A stretch of DNA of 64,000 bases from Eledone cirrhosa. Its lineage: Eukaryota. Positions 1-13,909 of this stretch are shown here, piece by piece; the stretch's first letter is position 1, and every line of letters starts with the position of its first letter. The DNA lies in assembly GCA_964016885.1 (NCBI GenBank), contig OZ024749.1, positions 16,120,001-16,184,000 of the forward strand, in the 5' to 3' direction. The translations under genes and the position numbers were made by a program. The notes under the pieces were generated by a model. The model did not search any database. It was not told where the DNA came from and was given only the letters and a program-made list of their open reading frames with translations.

Positions 1-3000
1 AGCACCACTACAGCCACCACCAACACCAACACCACTACAGCACCACTACAGCCACCACCAACACCAACACCACTACAGCACCACTACAGCCACCACCAAC
101 ACTAACACCACTACAGCACCACTACAGCCACCACCAACACCAACACCACCAACAGCACCACTACAGCCACCACCAACACCAACACCACCAACAGCACCAC
201 TACAGCCACCACCAACACCAACACCACTACAGCACCACTACAGCCACCACCAACACCAACACCACTGCAGCACCACTACAGCCACCACCAACACCAACAC
301 CACCAACAGCACCACTACAGCCACCACCAACACCAACACCACTACAGCCACCACCAACACCAACACCACTACAGCCACCACCAACACCAGCACCACTACA
401 GCCACCACCAACACCAACACCACTACAGCCACCACCAACACCAACACCAACAGCACCACTACAGCCACCACCAACACCAACACCACCAACAACACCACTA
501 CAGCCACCACCAACACCAACACCACTACAGCCACCACTACAGCCACCACCAACACCAACACCACTACAGCCACCACAACAGCCACCACTACAGCCACCAC
601 CAACACCAACACCACTACAGCCACCACTACAGCCACCACCAACTCCAACACCACCAACAACACCACTACAGCCACCACCAACACCAACACCACTACAGCA
701 CCACTACAGCCACCACCAACACCAACACCACTACAGCCACCACCAACAACACCAACACCAACACCACTACAGCACCACTACAGCCACCACCAACACCAAC
801 ACCACTACAGCCACCACTACAGCCACCACCAACACCACCAACAACACCACTACAGCCACCACCAACACCAACACCAGCAACAGCACCACTACAGCCACCA
901 CCAACACAACCAACACCAACACCACTACAGCACCACTACAGCCACCACCAACACCAACACCACTACAGCCACCACTACAGCCACCACCAACACCAACACC
1001 ACTACAGCCACCACCAACACCAACACCACTACAGCCACCACTACAGCCACCACCAACACAAACACCACTACAGCACCACTACAGCCACCACCAACACCAA
1101 CACCACTACAGCCACCACCAACACCACCAACAACATCACTACAGCCACCACCAACACCAACACCACTACAACCACCACCAACACCAACACCACTACAGCC
1201 ACCACTACAGCCACCACCAACACCAACACCACCAACAACACCACTACAGCCACCACCAACACCAACACCACGACAGCCACCACTACAGCCACCACCAACA
1301 CCAACACCACTACAGCACCACTACAGCCACCACTACAGCCACCACCAACACCAACACCACCAACAACACCACTACAGCCACCACCAACACCAACACCACG
1401 ACAGCCACCACTACAGCCACCACCAACACCAACACCACGACAGCCACCACTACAGCCACCACCAACACCAACACCACGACAGCCACCACTACAGCCACCA
1501 CCAACACCAACACCACTACAGCACCACTACAGCCACCACCAACACCAACACTACGACAGCACCACTACAGCCACCACCAACACCAACACCACTACAGCAC
1601 CACTACAGCCACCACCAACACCAACACCACTACAGCACCACTACAGCCACCACCAACACCAACACCACTACAGCACCACTACAGCCACCACCAACACCAA
1701 CACCACTACAGCACCACTACAGCCACCACCAACACCAACACCACTACAGCACCACTACAGCCACCACCAACACCACTACAGCACCACTACAGCCACCACC
1801 AACACCAACACCACCAACAGCACCACTACAGCCACCACCAACACCAACACCGCCAACAGCACCACTACAGCCACCACCAACACCAACACCACTACAGCAC
1901 CACTACAGCCACCACCAACACCAACACCACTACAGCACCACTACAGCCACCACCAACACCAACACCACCAACACCACCAACAGCACCACTACAGCCACCA
2001 CTACAGCGACCACTACAGCCACCACCAACACCACTACAGCCACCACTACAGCCACCACCAACACCAACACCACCAACAGCACCACTACAACCACCACCAA
2101 CACCACTACAGCCACCACTACAGCCACCACCAACACCAACACCACTACAGCCACCACTATAGCCACGACCAACACCAACACCACCAACAACACCACTACA
2201 GCCACCACCAACACCAACACCACCAACAGCACCACTACAGCCACCACCAACACCAACACCACCATCAGAACCACTACAGCCACCACCAACACCAACACTA
2301 CCAACAGCACCACTACAGCCACCACCAACACCAACACCACTACAGCACCACTACAGCCACCACCAACACCAACACCACTACAGCACCACTACAGCCACCA
2401 CCAACACCACCAACAGCACCACTACAGCCACCACTACAGCTACCACCAACACCAGCACCACTACAGCCACCACTACAGCCACCACCAACACCAACACCAC
2501 TACAGCACCACTACAGCCACCAGCAACACCAACAGCACTACAGCCACCACCAACACCACCAACAACACCACTACAGCCACCACCAACACCAACACCACTA
2601 CAGCCACCACTACAGCCACCACCAACACCAGCACCACTACAGCCACCACTACAGCCACCACCAACACCAGCACCACTACCGCCACCACTACAGCCACCAC
2701 CAACACCAACACCACCAACAGCACCACTACAGCCACCACCAACACCAACACCGCCAACAGCACCACTACAGACACCACCAACACCACCACCACTACAGCA
2801 CCACTACAGCCACCACCAACACCAACACCGCCAACAGCACCACTACAGCCACCACCAACACCAACACCACTACAGCACCACTACAGCCACCACTACAGTC
2901 ACCACCAACACCAGCACCACTACAGCCACCACTACAGCCACCACCAACACCAGCACCACTACCGCCACCACTACAGCCACCACCAACACCAACACCACCA

Positions 3001-6000
3001 ACAGCACCACTACAGCCACCACCAACACCAACACCGCCAACAGCACCACTACAGCCACCACCAACACCAACACCACTACAGCCACCACTATAGCCACGAC
3101 CAACACCAACACCACCAACAACACCACTACAGCCACCACCAACACCAACACCACCAACAGCACCACTACAGCCACCACCAACACCAACACCACCATCAGA
3201 ACCACTACAGCCACCACCAACACCAACACTACCAACAGCACCACTACAGCCACCACCAACACCAACACCACTACAGCACCACTACAGCCACCACCAACAC
3301 CACCAACAACACCACTACAGCCACCACCAACACCAACACCACTACAGCCACCACTACAGCCACCACCAACACCAGCACCACTACAGCCACCACTACAGCC
3401 ACCACCAACACCAGCACCACTACCGCCACCACTACAGCCACCACCAACACCAACACCACCAACAGCACCACTACAGCCACCACCAACACCAACACCGCCA
3501 ACAGCACCACTACAGCCACCACCAACACCACCACCACTACAGCACCACTACAGCCACCACCAACACCAACACCGCCAACAGCACCACTACAGCCACCACC
3601 AACACCAACACCACTACAGCACCACTACAGCCACCACTACAGTCACCACCAACACCAGCACCACTACAGCCACCACTACAGCCACCACCAACACCAGCAC
3701 CACTACCGCCACCACTACAGCCACCACCAACACCAACACCACCAACAGCACCACTACAGCCACCACCAACACCAACACCGCCAACAGCACCACTACAGCC
3801 ACCACCAACACCAACACCACTACAGCACCACTACAGCCCCCACCAACACCAACACCACTACAGCACCACTACAGCCACCACCAACACCAACGCCACCAAC
3901 AGCACCACTACAGCCACCACCAACACCAACACCACCAACAGCACCACTACAGCCACCACCAACACCAACACCACTACAGCACCACTACAGCCACCACCAA
4001 CACCACCAACAGCACCACTACAGCCACCACCAACACCAACACCACTACAGCCACCACCAACACCAACACCACTACAGCCACCACCAACACCAGCACCACT
4101 ACAGCCACCACCAACACCAACACCACTACAGCCACCACCAACACCAACACCACTACAGCACCACTACAGCCACCACCAACACCAACACCACTACAGCCAC
4201 CACTACAGCAACCACCAACAGCAACACCACTACAGCCACCACTACAGCCACCACTACAGCCACCACTACAGCCACCACTACAGCCACCACTACAGCCACC
4301 ACTACAGCCACCACTACAGCCACCACCAACACCAACACCACTACAGCACCACTACAGCCACCACCAACACCAACACCACTACAGCCACCACTACAGCCAC
4401 CACTACAGCCACCACCAAAACCAACACCACCAACAGCACCACTACAGCAACCACCAACACCAACACCACCAACAACACCACTACAGCCACCACCAACACC
4501 AACAACACTACAGCACCACTACAGCCACCACCAACACCAACACCACTACAGCCACCACTACAGCCACCACCAACACCAACACCACCAACAACACCACTAC
4601 AGCCACCACCAACACCAACACCACTACAGCACCACTACAGCCACCACCAACACCAACACCACTACAGCCACCACCAACACCACCAACACCAACACCACTA
4701 CAGCACCACTACAGCCACCACCAACACCAACACCACCAACAACACCACTACAGCCACCACCAACACAAACACCACTACAGCACCACTACAGCCACCACCA
4801 ACACCAACACCACTACAGCCACCACCAACACCACCAACAACACCACAACAGCCGCCACCAACACCAACACCACTACAACCACCACCAACACCAACACCAC
4901 TACAGCCACCACTACAGCCACCACCAACACCAACACCACCAACAACACCACAACAGCCACCACCAACACCAACACCACTACAACCACCACCAACACCAAC
5001 ACCACTACAGCCACCACTACAGCCACCACCAACACCAACACCACCAACAACACCACAACAGCCGCCACCAACACCAACACCACTACAACCACCACCAACA
5101 CCAACACCACTACAGCCACCACTACAGCCACCACCAACACCAACACCACCAACAACACCACAACAGCCACCACCAACACCAACACCACTACAGCCACCAC
5201 CAACACCAACACCACGACAGCCACCACTACAGCCACCACCAACACCAACACCACTACAGCACCACTACAGCCACCACTACAGCCACCACCAACACCAACA
5301 CCACCAACAACACCACTACAGCCACCACCAACACCAACACCACGACAGCCACCACTACAGCCACCACTACAGCCACCACCAACACCAACACCACGACAGC
5401 CACCACTACAGCCACCACTACAGCCACCACCAACACCAACACCACCAACAACACCACTACAGCCACCACCAACACCAACACCACGTCAGCCACCACTACA
5501 GCCACCACCAACACCAACACCATTACAGCACCACTACAGCCACCACTACAGCCACCACCAACACCAACACCACCAACAACACCACTACAGCCACCACCAA
5601 CACCAACACCACGACAGCCACCACTACAGCCACCACCAACACCAACACCACTACAGCCACCACAACAGCCACCACTACAGCCACCACCAACACCAACACC
5701 ACGACAGCCACCACTACAGCCACCACCAACACCAACACCACTACAGCACCACTACAGCCACCACTACAGCCACCACCAACACCAACACCACCAACAACAC
5801 CACTACAGCCACCACCAACACCAACACCACGACAGCCACCACTACAGCCACCACCAACACCAACACCACTACAGCCACCACAACAGCCACCACTACAGCC
5901 ACCACCAACTCCAACACCACTACAGCACCACTACAGCCACCACCAACACCAACACCACGACAGCACCACTACAGCCACCACCAACACCAACACCACGACA

Positions 6001-6905
6001 GCCACCACTACAGCCACCACCAACACCAACACCACTACAGCACCACTACAGCCGCCACCAACACCACCAACAACACCACTACAGCCACCACTACAGCTAC
6101 CACCAACACCTGCATCACTACAGCCACCACCAACACCAACACCTCTACAGCACCACTACTGCCACCACCAACACCAACAGCACTACAGCCACCACCAACA
6201 CCACCAACAACACCACTACAGCCACCACCAACACCAACACCACTACAGCCACCACTACAGCCACCACCAACACCAGCACCACTACAGCCACCACTACAGC
6301 CACCACCAACACCAGCACCACTACAGCCACCACTACAGCCACCACCAACACCAACACCACCAACAACACCACTACAGCCACCACCAACACCAACACCACC
6401 AACAACACCACTACAGCCACCACTACAGCCACCACTACAGCCACCACCAACACCAACACCACTACAGCCACCACTACAGCCACCACTACAGCCACCACCA
6501 ACACCAACACCACTACAGCCACCACTACAGCCACCACCACCACCACCAACACCACCAACAACACCACTACAGCCACCACTACAGCCACCACCAACACCAG
6601 CACCACTACAGCCACCACTACAGCCACCACCAACACCAACACCACCAACAACACCACTACAGCCACCACCAACACCAACACCACTACAGCCACCACCAAC
6701 ACCAACACCACCAACAACACCACTACAGCCACCACTACAGCCAACACCTTCACTACCACCAACATCACTACAGCCACCACTACAAACACCACCTTCGCTA
6801 CCACGAACACCTTTACTACCACTACAACTACCACCATAGCCATCACCTTCATCACCACCAACACCACTATCACAACCTCCACTACCACTGCCTCCATTAC
6901 TAAAG
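1..6905. repeat. Compound CAC/CAA/CTA/CAG satellite (modules ACCACTACAGC(C) and CACCACCAACACCAAC); begins before the window start
   Basis: Continuous array of the same 11-16 nt modules; + strand very poor in G and T; degenerates at ~6750-6900. Confidence 0.97.
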
Positions 6906-6959
6906 CCATCTATCTATAGATTAGATCGGTAGGATCAGAGACAGACTATCAAAGAACGT

Positions 6960-7115
6960 AGGTTTTATATGCGGCCGATTCTTAGGTGCAATAAGTAGCA
7001 AGCGGCCTCAGGATACTAGCTCCTTCAAATATCCAGACGTCTTTTTGAAAATTAGTCGACAGTTTTCGTTACCTGGGTGATGACATCGGCAGTAGAGGAG
7101 GGTGTTCCGAAAGTA
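6960..7115 (+). mobile_element. Degenerate RTE-type LINE RT fragment
   Basis: 7055-7114 translates VDSFRYLGDDIGSRGGCSES, the F-x-YLG motif region of non-LTR RTs. Confidence 0.65.
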
Positions 7116-7118
7116 CAT

Positions 7119-7167
<49 letters not shown>

Positions 7168-7281
7168 AGGAGAGAGAGAAAGAGTGGGGGTGATAAACAG
7201 ATGGAAACATAAAAAGTCAACAAATTTGCTGTAATACGTGTAGTCCGGTGGTTTGGCGCTCCCATCATTTTTTTTTTTTTA

Positions 7282-7852
7282 ACGAAATATAATGAAATAT
7301 AGTGAAATATAGCGAAATATAACGAAGTCTAACGGAACATACCGAAGTATGATGTAATGTGTTGAAATATAGCAAAGTATACCTAAATATTGTGAAGTAT
7401 AAGGAAATGTGTTGAAATATAGCGAAGTATGGCGAAATATGATGTAATGTAACGAAATGTAGTGAAATATAGTGAAATATAAGGAAATATGGTGAAATAT
7501 AACGAAGTCTATTGAAACAGTGAATTATAGCAGAATTTAGCGAAGTATGGTGGAATATAGCGAAGTATGATGGAATATAGCGGATTATGGTGGAATATAG
7601 TGGAGTATGATGGAATATAGTTCAGTATGATGGAATATAATGGAGTATGATGGAATATAGCGGAGTATGATGGAATATAACGGAGTATGATGGAATATAG
7701 CGAAGTATAATGGAATATAGCGAAGTATTGTGGAATATAATGTATTATAATGTAATATAATGTAACATAGCGGAATATATTAAAATATATAGAATTATAA
7801 TGTAATATAGTGAAATATATTGAAAACTATAGAAATATGTAGAAATATAATG
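7282..7852. repeat. Degenerate 10/20-bp tandem repeat (GAAATATAGT / GGAATATAGCGGAGTATGAT)
   Basis: 10-nt periodicity visible directly. Confidence 0.9.
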
Positions 7853-7891
7853 AAGAATCAGTCGATCAATAAGATCCCAAACCTCATTCTC

Positions 7892-8115
7892 TTAATGAGT
7901 GGGGTCGAGCTTGTCAAATTGGACCGAGGAAACAATGTTTCCATTGGTCTTTCCAATTGCTAATATTATCTACCGGTCGCAAATCCTGGCAAAAAGAGTA
8001 ACATGAAATAAAGTGTCTTGCTCAAGGACATAACGCATCGCCCAGTCCGGGAATTAAACTCGCAATCTCACGATTGCGAATCCAATGTTCTAACCACTCG
8101 GCAACACACCTTCAC
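7892..8115 (-). mobile_element. tRNA-derived SINE, family B
   Basis: Reverse complement aligns along its length with the copy at 52992-53229 (TCCTTGAGCAAGACACTTTATTTCA core, GGAAAGACCAA...CCTCGGTCC tail). Confidence 0.88.
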
Positions 8116-8264
8116 AAATATAATGAAATATAACAAAATATAATGAAATATATAAAAATTTAGAGGAACGAATTTAAATATAGCGGCGATGAATTTGTTT
8201 TTTCTGGCAATATTATAACAACATGACCCTCCCCAAATATAACAATGGAATTAAAATATCTTAC

Positions 8265-8335
8265 CTTGAAAGTTAATTCCATTTAGTCTAAACACCTGAA
8301 TGACTAATTCAATGACACTTTGATGAGGTATACAC
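8265..8335 (-). CDS. Candidate 71-bp internal exon of an unidentified host gene (CIPHQSVIELVIQVFRLNGINFQ)
   Basis: Minus strand: ttttcttcttttcag|GTGTATA...TTTCAAG|gtaaga, with strong acceptor and donor; only one of three frames is open; unique sequence. Confidence 0.5.
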
Positions 8336-8684
8336 CTGAAAAGAAGAAAAATAATACCATGATTATAAGATATTTTAGATATACTTATATCAGCTATATA
8401 CTAAAACAAGGTAAATGTAAAGATAAAGAGTCCTTAACTTTTGATGGAGTCTTAGGGACGTCGTCATAACACATGACGTGCGTGAGTTGGGCATTTTAAA
8501 ACTGCCTTAGTACTGAGGCGGTACTTTATTTATAGACCTTTTACATTAACTATAAGATCTATCATGCAAAATATTTTATTTATCCAAAAGCAAATCTCAG
8601 ATTGTGTAATGACCCCTATTATACATGACACATCAATTCTATATCCTCAAATCCACCAAATTAAATACGTTCAACGCTATTGCC

Positions 8685-8790
8685 GTCATTCGAGGTTAAC
8701 TTTGCCTTTCATCCTTACGGGGTTGATAAAATAAAGTACCAGTAGTGTACTGGGATATATCCTGGCCTTGTGCCAAAAGCAGAAACAATT
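8685..8790 (+). mobile_element. SINE family A, 3' half
   Basis: GAGGTTAACTTTGCCTTTCATCCTTACGGGGTTGATAAAATAAAGTACCAG matches the 43243 copy. Confidence 0.85.
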
Positions 8791-9179
8791 ATTACCGACA
8801 CGGGTTCACTAGTCCTATAAGAATTTTGGTTGAAAACAGTTGACACATTTAAAACGACTCAGAAAATATGACCTCAAATCATTCTGTTACTTTTTTCTTT
8901 GTGTTCTTCCTACGAGTCAGCTGTTGTTAATTAAAAGCCTAGGGTATTATTATCATTATACCATTGTGCTAATATACGTATATACCATCAAAAAGACAAC
9001 ATGGTGGATCTAGAGCTGTTCTAGTCTTTAATAATGCAGCTCTGTTTGATAGCAATATGTAGTTAGCGTTGTAGGTGATGTTGGTGAGGAAGAGTGGGGG
9101 ATAATGAGGGGGAATATACTGAACAGTTGAATACTGTAGGTAGGTGAAATCTATCTATCTATTTATCTATATCTACCTG

Positions 9180-9275
<96 letters not shown>

Positions 9276-9298
9276 CATACACACGCATATATACACAT

Positions 9299-9332
<34 letters not shown>

Positions 9333-9482
9333 CACATTATATATATATATATATATACACATGCATATATACACATTATATATATATATATATACACACA
9401 CACATTATTTATATATATATATACACACACACACACATTACTTATATATATATATATATATAACGTGTATATGTATGTATGC

Positions 9483-9538
<56 letters not shown>

Positions 9539-10485
9539 ATGTATGTAGGGATGGATGTGTGTGGGGAAAGCGAATAATATGTATGCGCATGAAAATGCAC
9601 GTATATTCATATATATATACCGAGGTAGAAGCTGCTAAATAGTCGGTCGTCCTCTTGTCTCTGATCTTCAGCCCCATGGATTTTATCTGTTATATTCCTT
9701 TATTATATTTTGAATACCTAATGATGTCACCGGATTCATACTGAACCCGGTCATTGAAATGATCATAGTATAATAAACCTTTCAAGGATTTACACCAGTC
9801 CAGCCTCCTGTTATTTTATAATATATATATATATATAATATATATATATATATGTGCTAAAATATTAATCCATACACATTTGCATGCAGACACTCACACA
9901 TGGTCATATATGTGTGTGTCTGTGTTTACATACATACATACACACATACATACATACATACATACATACATACATACATACATACATACATACATACATA
10001 CATACATACATACATACATACATACATACATAGTTACCTAATGTTTATAGAGGTATAACAATGGCAATGTGAAAATTGCAAACGTCAAACGTTCATCAGA
10101 ACACCAAAAAAAGACAACACTAGCGACATCAACAACAACATCATCTACAATAACAACACTAACAAAAACTTCTTAACACCATGCCGGTGCCTTTGTTCTT
10201 ACAGCAACCACTGATTGCCAATCGAAGTCATTGTCTTTGCAATAGCAGACGACTTGGTACAGTCGACGAATGTATTGTGATGCAGACGACACGTTTCCTG
10301 CAATTCAATTGGACGAGAGAATCACATGGTGCAGTGATGGCGTCGTCTGATGAATAAAATCATTGCGATTTACTGTCGTCTGATTAATAAAATCATTGAG
10401 ATATGCTGTCGTCTGCGTTTAATATGTAAGACGACGTGGGTTTATTGTTGGCAGACGATAGATGTTTCAATACTCAGCTGAGCTA

Positions 10486-10527
10486 GGCTGGGCTGGGCTG
10501 GGCTGGGCTGGGCTGGGCTGGGCTGGG
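10486..10527. repeat. (GGGCT)n pentanucleotide repeat
   Basis: Direct observation. Confidence 0.9.
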
Positions 10528-11302
10528 ATGATATAGGCTGATTTGTTCTCGGCTTTGTTCTCGCTCGTTCACGTTTTGTTTCAGCTGTTTTATATCAAGA
10601 AATGTGTGTCGTTGTAGGAAATTGTTGACAGATGAAGATTCATCTGTTCGGTAACAGCAGTAACAGCAGCATCACTAGCAGCAACAGTAGCATCACTAGC
10701 AGCAGCAGCAACAGTAGCAGCGGCGACAACACCAGCAGCAGCGACAGCAGCAACAGTAGCAGCAATTGCAGCATCAGTAGCAGCGACAGCAGCAGCAGAA
10801 ACAGCAGCAATTTCAGCAATACCTACATCACCAACTGCAACAGCAGCATCACGAGTAGCAGCAGTAGCAATAGCAGCAGCAACAACATCAACAACAATAG
10901 TAGCAATCACAACAGCAGCAAGAAAAGCACCAACAGCAACAACAACAACGACTGTAGCAGACAGACAGACAGACAGACACATAGACACAGATTGACAGAC
11001 AGACAGACAGGCAGTCGCATAGACACACACACACACACAGACACATACAGATACACAGACGCACAGACACACATACACAGGCAAACAGACAGACAGTGGC
11101 ACACACACAGACACACACACATATACACACATACACAGACAGACAGTCACACACACACACACAAACAGTCTCAAACACATAAGCGCACACACATACGCAC
11201 ACAGACAAAAAGACAGGCAGTCACACACATACACAGAGAGATAAACAGTCGCACAGACACGTACACACACATACACAGAGTCTCACATACTCACGCACAC
11301 AC

Positions 11303-11343
<41 letters not shown>

Positions 11344-11624
11344 GACAGACAGGCAGACAGCCACACAGACAGACAGATTTGACATGAAATTCTATTTATA
11401 TTTCTTGTTTTTTTTTTTATTTATATTATCTGCAAATCTCAGAAAATGTCTTAAAGAGATTTAAAACAGATTTTTTAAAATATAAAAAAAAGAACATTTA
11501 AAAACAAAACGTGTTTAAAAATGCAAAAAAAAATAATAAAACAGATAAAAAACAGCTGAAAACAGATAAAAACAGATTAAAGATGGCGGTGGTGGCGGCC
11601 ATTACTGTAAAATATTGAACTGAT

Positions 11625-11770
11625 ATAAGGTGGTGACGTGGTATAGATGTTAAGAGCGTCGGATATAAAATGTCTTGGTAGATGTTCCGTCTCGCTGCGC
11701 TTTAGGTTCAAATTCCGCCAGGATCAACTTTGTCCCTCAGCTTTTCATGGACGATAAATAAAGTACCGGT
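11625..11770 (+). mobile_element. SINE family A, diverged copy
   Basis: GGTTCAAATTCCGCC...CAACTTTG...GATAAATAAAGTACC. Confidence 0.7.
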
Positions 11771-11847
11771 GATTTTTCTCTTCTCTCCCCTCTCTCTCTC
11801 TCCTCTCTTTCTCTCTCCTCTCTTTCTATTTCTCTCTCTCTCTCTCC

Positions 11848-11912
<65 letters not shown>

Positions 11913-12178
11913 TCTCTAGAAAAAAAATCGGCCAAAATGCCGTGTGTTAGGACAGCGTCCCCATGACCCCATGACCTCATCAAGAGTCCTTTTACATATT
12001 TTACTTTACTCTCGAATTGATTTAGAGGTGTTTTCTGAAGGGGGAGTGAGCAAAATGCTGGTAAATTTAACTGTAAAGGAAAGGGGGGGAGTGGAGAGAG
12101 AAGAAATTGAGAGAAGTAGGAGGATGATGGAGGGAATAGAAGAGAGGCTGGGAAGGATGAAAGAAAATAGATGAGAAA

Positions 12179-12218
<40 letters not shown>

Positions 12219-12726
12219 GTATATATATGTATGTGTGTATGTATGGATCTGTGTGTGTATATATGTACGTATTATGTATATATGTATGTAATATGCTGTT
12301 ATGCATAATATATATAAGTATGTATTATGTATATGTATGTATGTGTGTATGTATGAGTATATATATATATGTATGCATTATGTATATTTGCATGTATATA
12401 CGTATGTATGTAATATGTTTGCATGCATAATATATATACGTATGTATTATATGTGTGTATGTATACATATGTATGTATGTAAGTACCTATGTATGTATGT
12501 AAGTACGTATGTATGTGATGTATGAGTATATAAGTCTGTCTGATTGTGTGTTTTAAAATGCGTCTAAAAATATTTAGATTATTCCTGTTGTTTGGGGATT
12601 GGCTTTGAAATCTGGAAATGTATTATATTGAGTACTTATATATTTAAGATTTCAGCTCTTTTAACCCTGTTCATATCAAACAACCTGAAATATTGTTTTA
12701 ATATGTTTATATATTAACGTGTATGG

Positions 12727-13012
12727 GAGCTATATGGCAGCCTCCCAAAAGTCAGCTCAAAAGTGACACAGAGGAGACTGAGGTTAGCTGGACATGCTCA
12801 CCGACATCCAGAGTTGACACTGCACTCAGTGCTCCCGTGGGAGCCCCTGCATGGACACGCTGGAAGAGGAAGACCAAGGTTAACTTATGTTGATGCCCTA
12901 AGGACAGACACTGGTCTGTTGGAGACGCAGGACATGGCAGTGATAATGAGGGACAGAGACCGCTGGAGAGACCTCGTCCATGGATCTCGGGAAATTTTAC
13001 CCGTCCGAGATA
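12727..13012 (+). mobile_element. 3' fragment of an RTE-clade LINE
   Basis: Encodes QRRLRLAGHAHRH...GRGRPRLTYVDAL...DRDRWR, a typical RTE C-terminus; its 3' part is near-identical to 34198-34335. Confidence 0.9.
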
Positions 13013-13021
13013 TATATTAAC

Positions 13022-13166
13022 GTGTGGCGGCGAATTGGCAGAGTTGTTAGAACGTCAGATAGAATGCTTTGCGGCTCTCTGTTATCTGACTTCTAATCCC
13101 CGAGGTTAACTTTGCCTTTCATCCATTCAAGGTTGATATAAAAAAAAAGTACCAGTTAAGTACTGG
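13022..13166 (+). mobile_element. SINE family A
   Basis: GGCGAATTGGCAGAG head, CTTTGCCTTTCATCC core, AGTACCAG. Confidence 0.8.
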
Positions 13167-13369
13167 GTGGGTTCTTCCTCTATATTTCTTTATCACTTCC
13201 ATTCTCTCACTCTATCATTCCCTGGAAGAAATCTGCTCTATTCAGGCCTAGGAGGGAATGGGCTTCACCAAGTTAAAAAATGCCCTAGAAGCGCCAATGT
13301 CAATACGGCGCCCCTACGACTCCCTCGGGAGTTACGGGACCATGTGTGCATATCTCACAATCTATCATG

Positions 13370-13700
13370 CTCTCGCTATATCTCGTTGTCTATCATGCTA
13401 TTTCCCTATCCCGCTACTTATCACACAATCGCGCTATCTATCTCACTATCTCGCTATATCTCGCTGTCTATCAAGCTATCTCGCTATTTCACTATAGCCC
13501 TATCTTCACGCTCTATCATGCTCTCTCTATCTCGTTATCTCGCACTTTCTCGCTATCTATCACACTTTCTCGCTCTGTTGCCCTCCCTATCTATTTAGCT
13601 CTCCCTATCCCACCCTATCTCGCTCAATCTCGTTCTATCTATCACGCTATAACGCAATCTCGCTATCTAACTCTATCGTTAGCTCGCTTCCTCGCTCGCT
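13370..13700. repeat. Degenerate CTATCTCG-type low-complexity repeat
   Basis: Direct observation. Confidence 0.85.
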
Positions 13701-13909
13701 AGTTCACTAGTGGTTCGCCAAACATGTCACAAGCAATATCCTTCATATCTTAAGCAATATTATTTCTGTTCAGTAGACAGACATCTTCTGCTAACGGTGA
13801 TCGTTCAATTGTGATTGGTCATGTCAGAAAGATTAACTCAACATTTAAAATCACAATAGAAACTGTTTTCAAATGTCTCCTTTACTTAAGAAAACAACGT
13901 TTTATAGTT

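Noticed and set aside
238-6909. Val/Leu/Ala-rich ORFs (and a mucin-like Thr/Pro reading of the + strand)
   Set aside because: Translations of a satellite; 11-nt modules shift the frame constantly
10344-10385. CTGATGA motifs here and at ~10093(-), ~18087(-) and ~22932(-) as hammerheads
   Set aside because: No correctly placed GAAA-NUH and no closing stems
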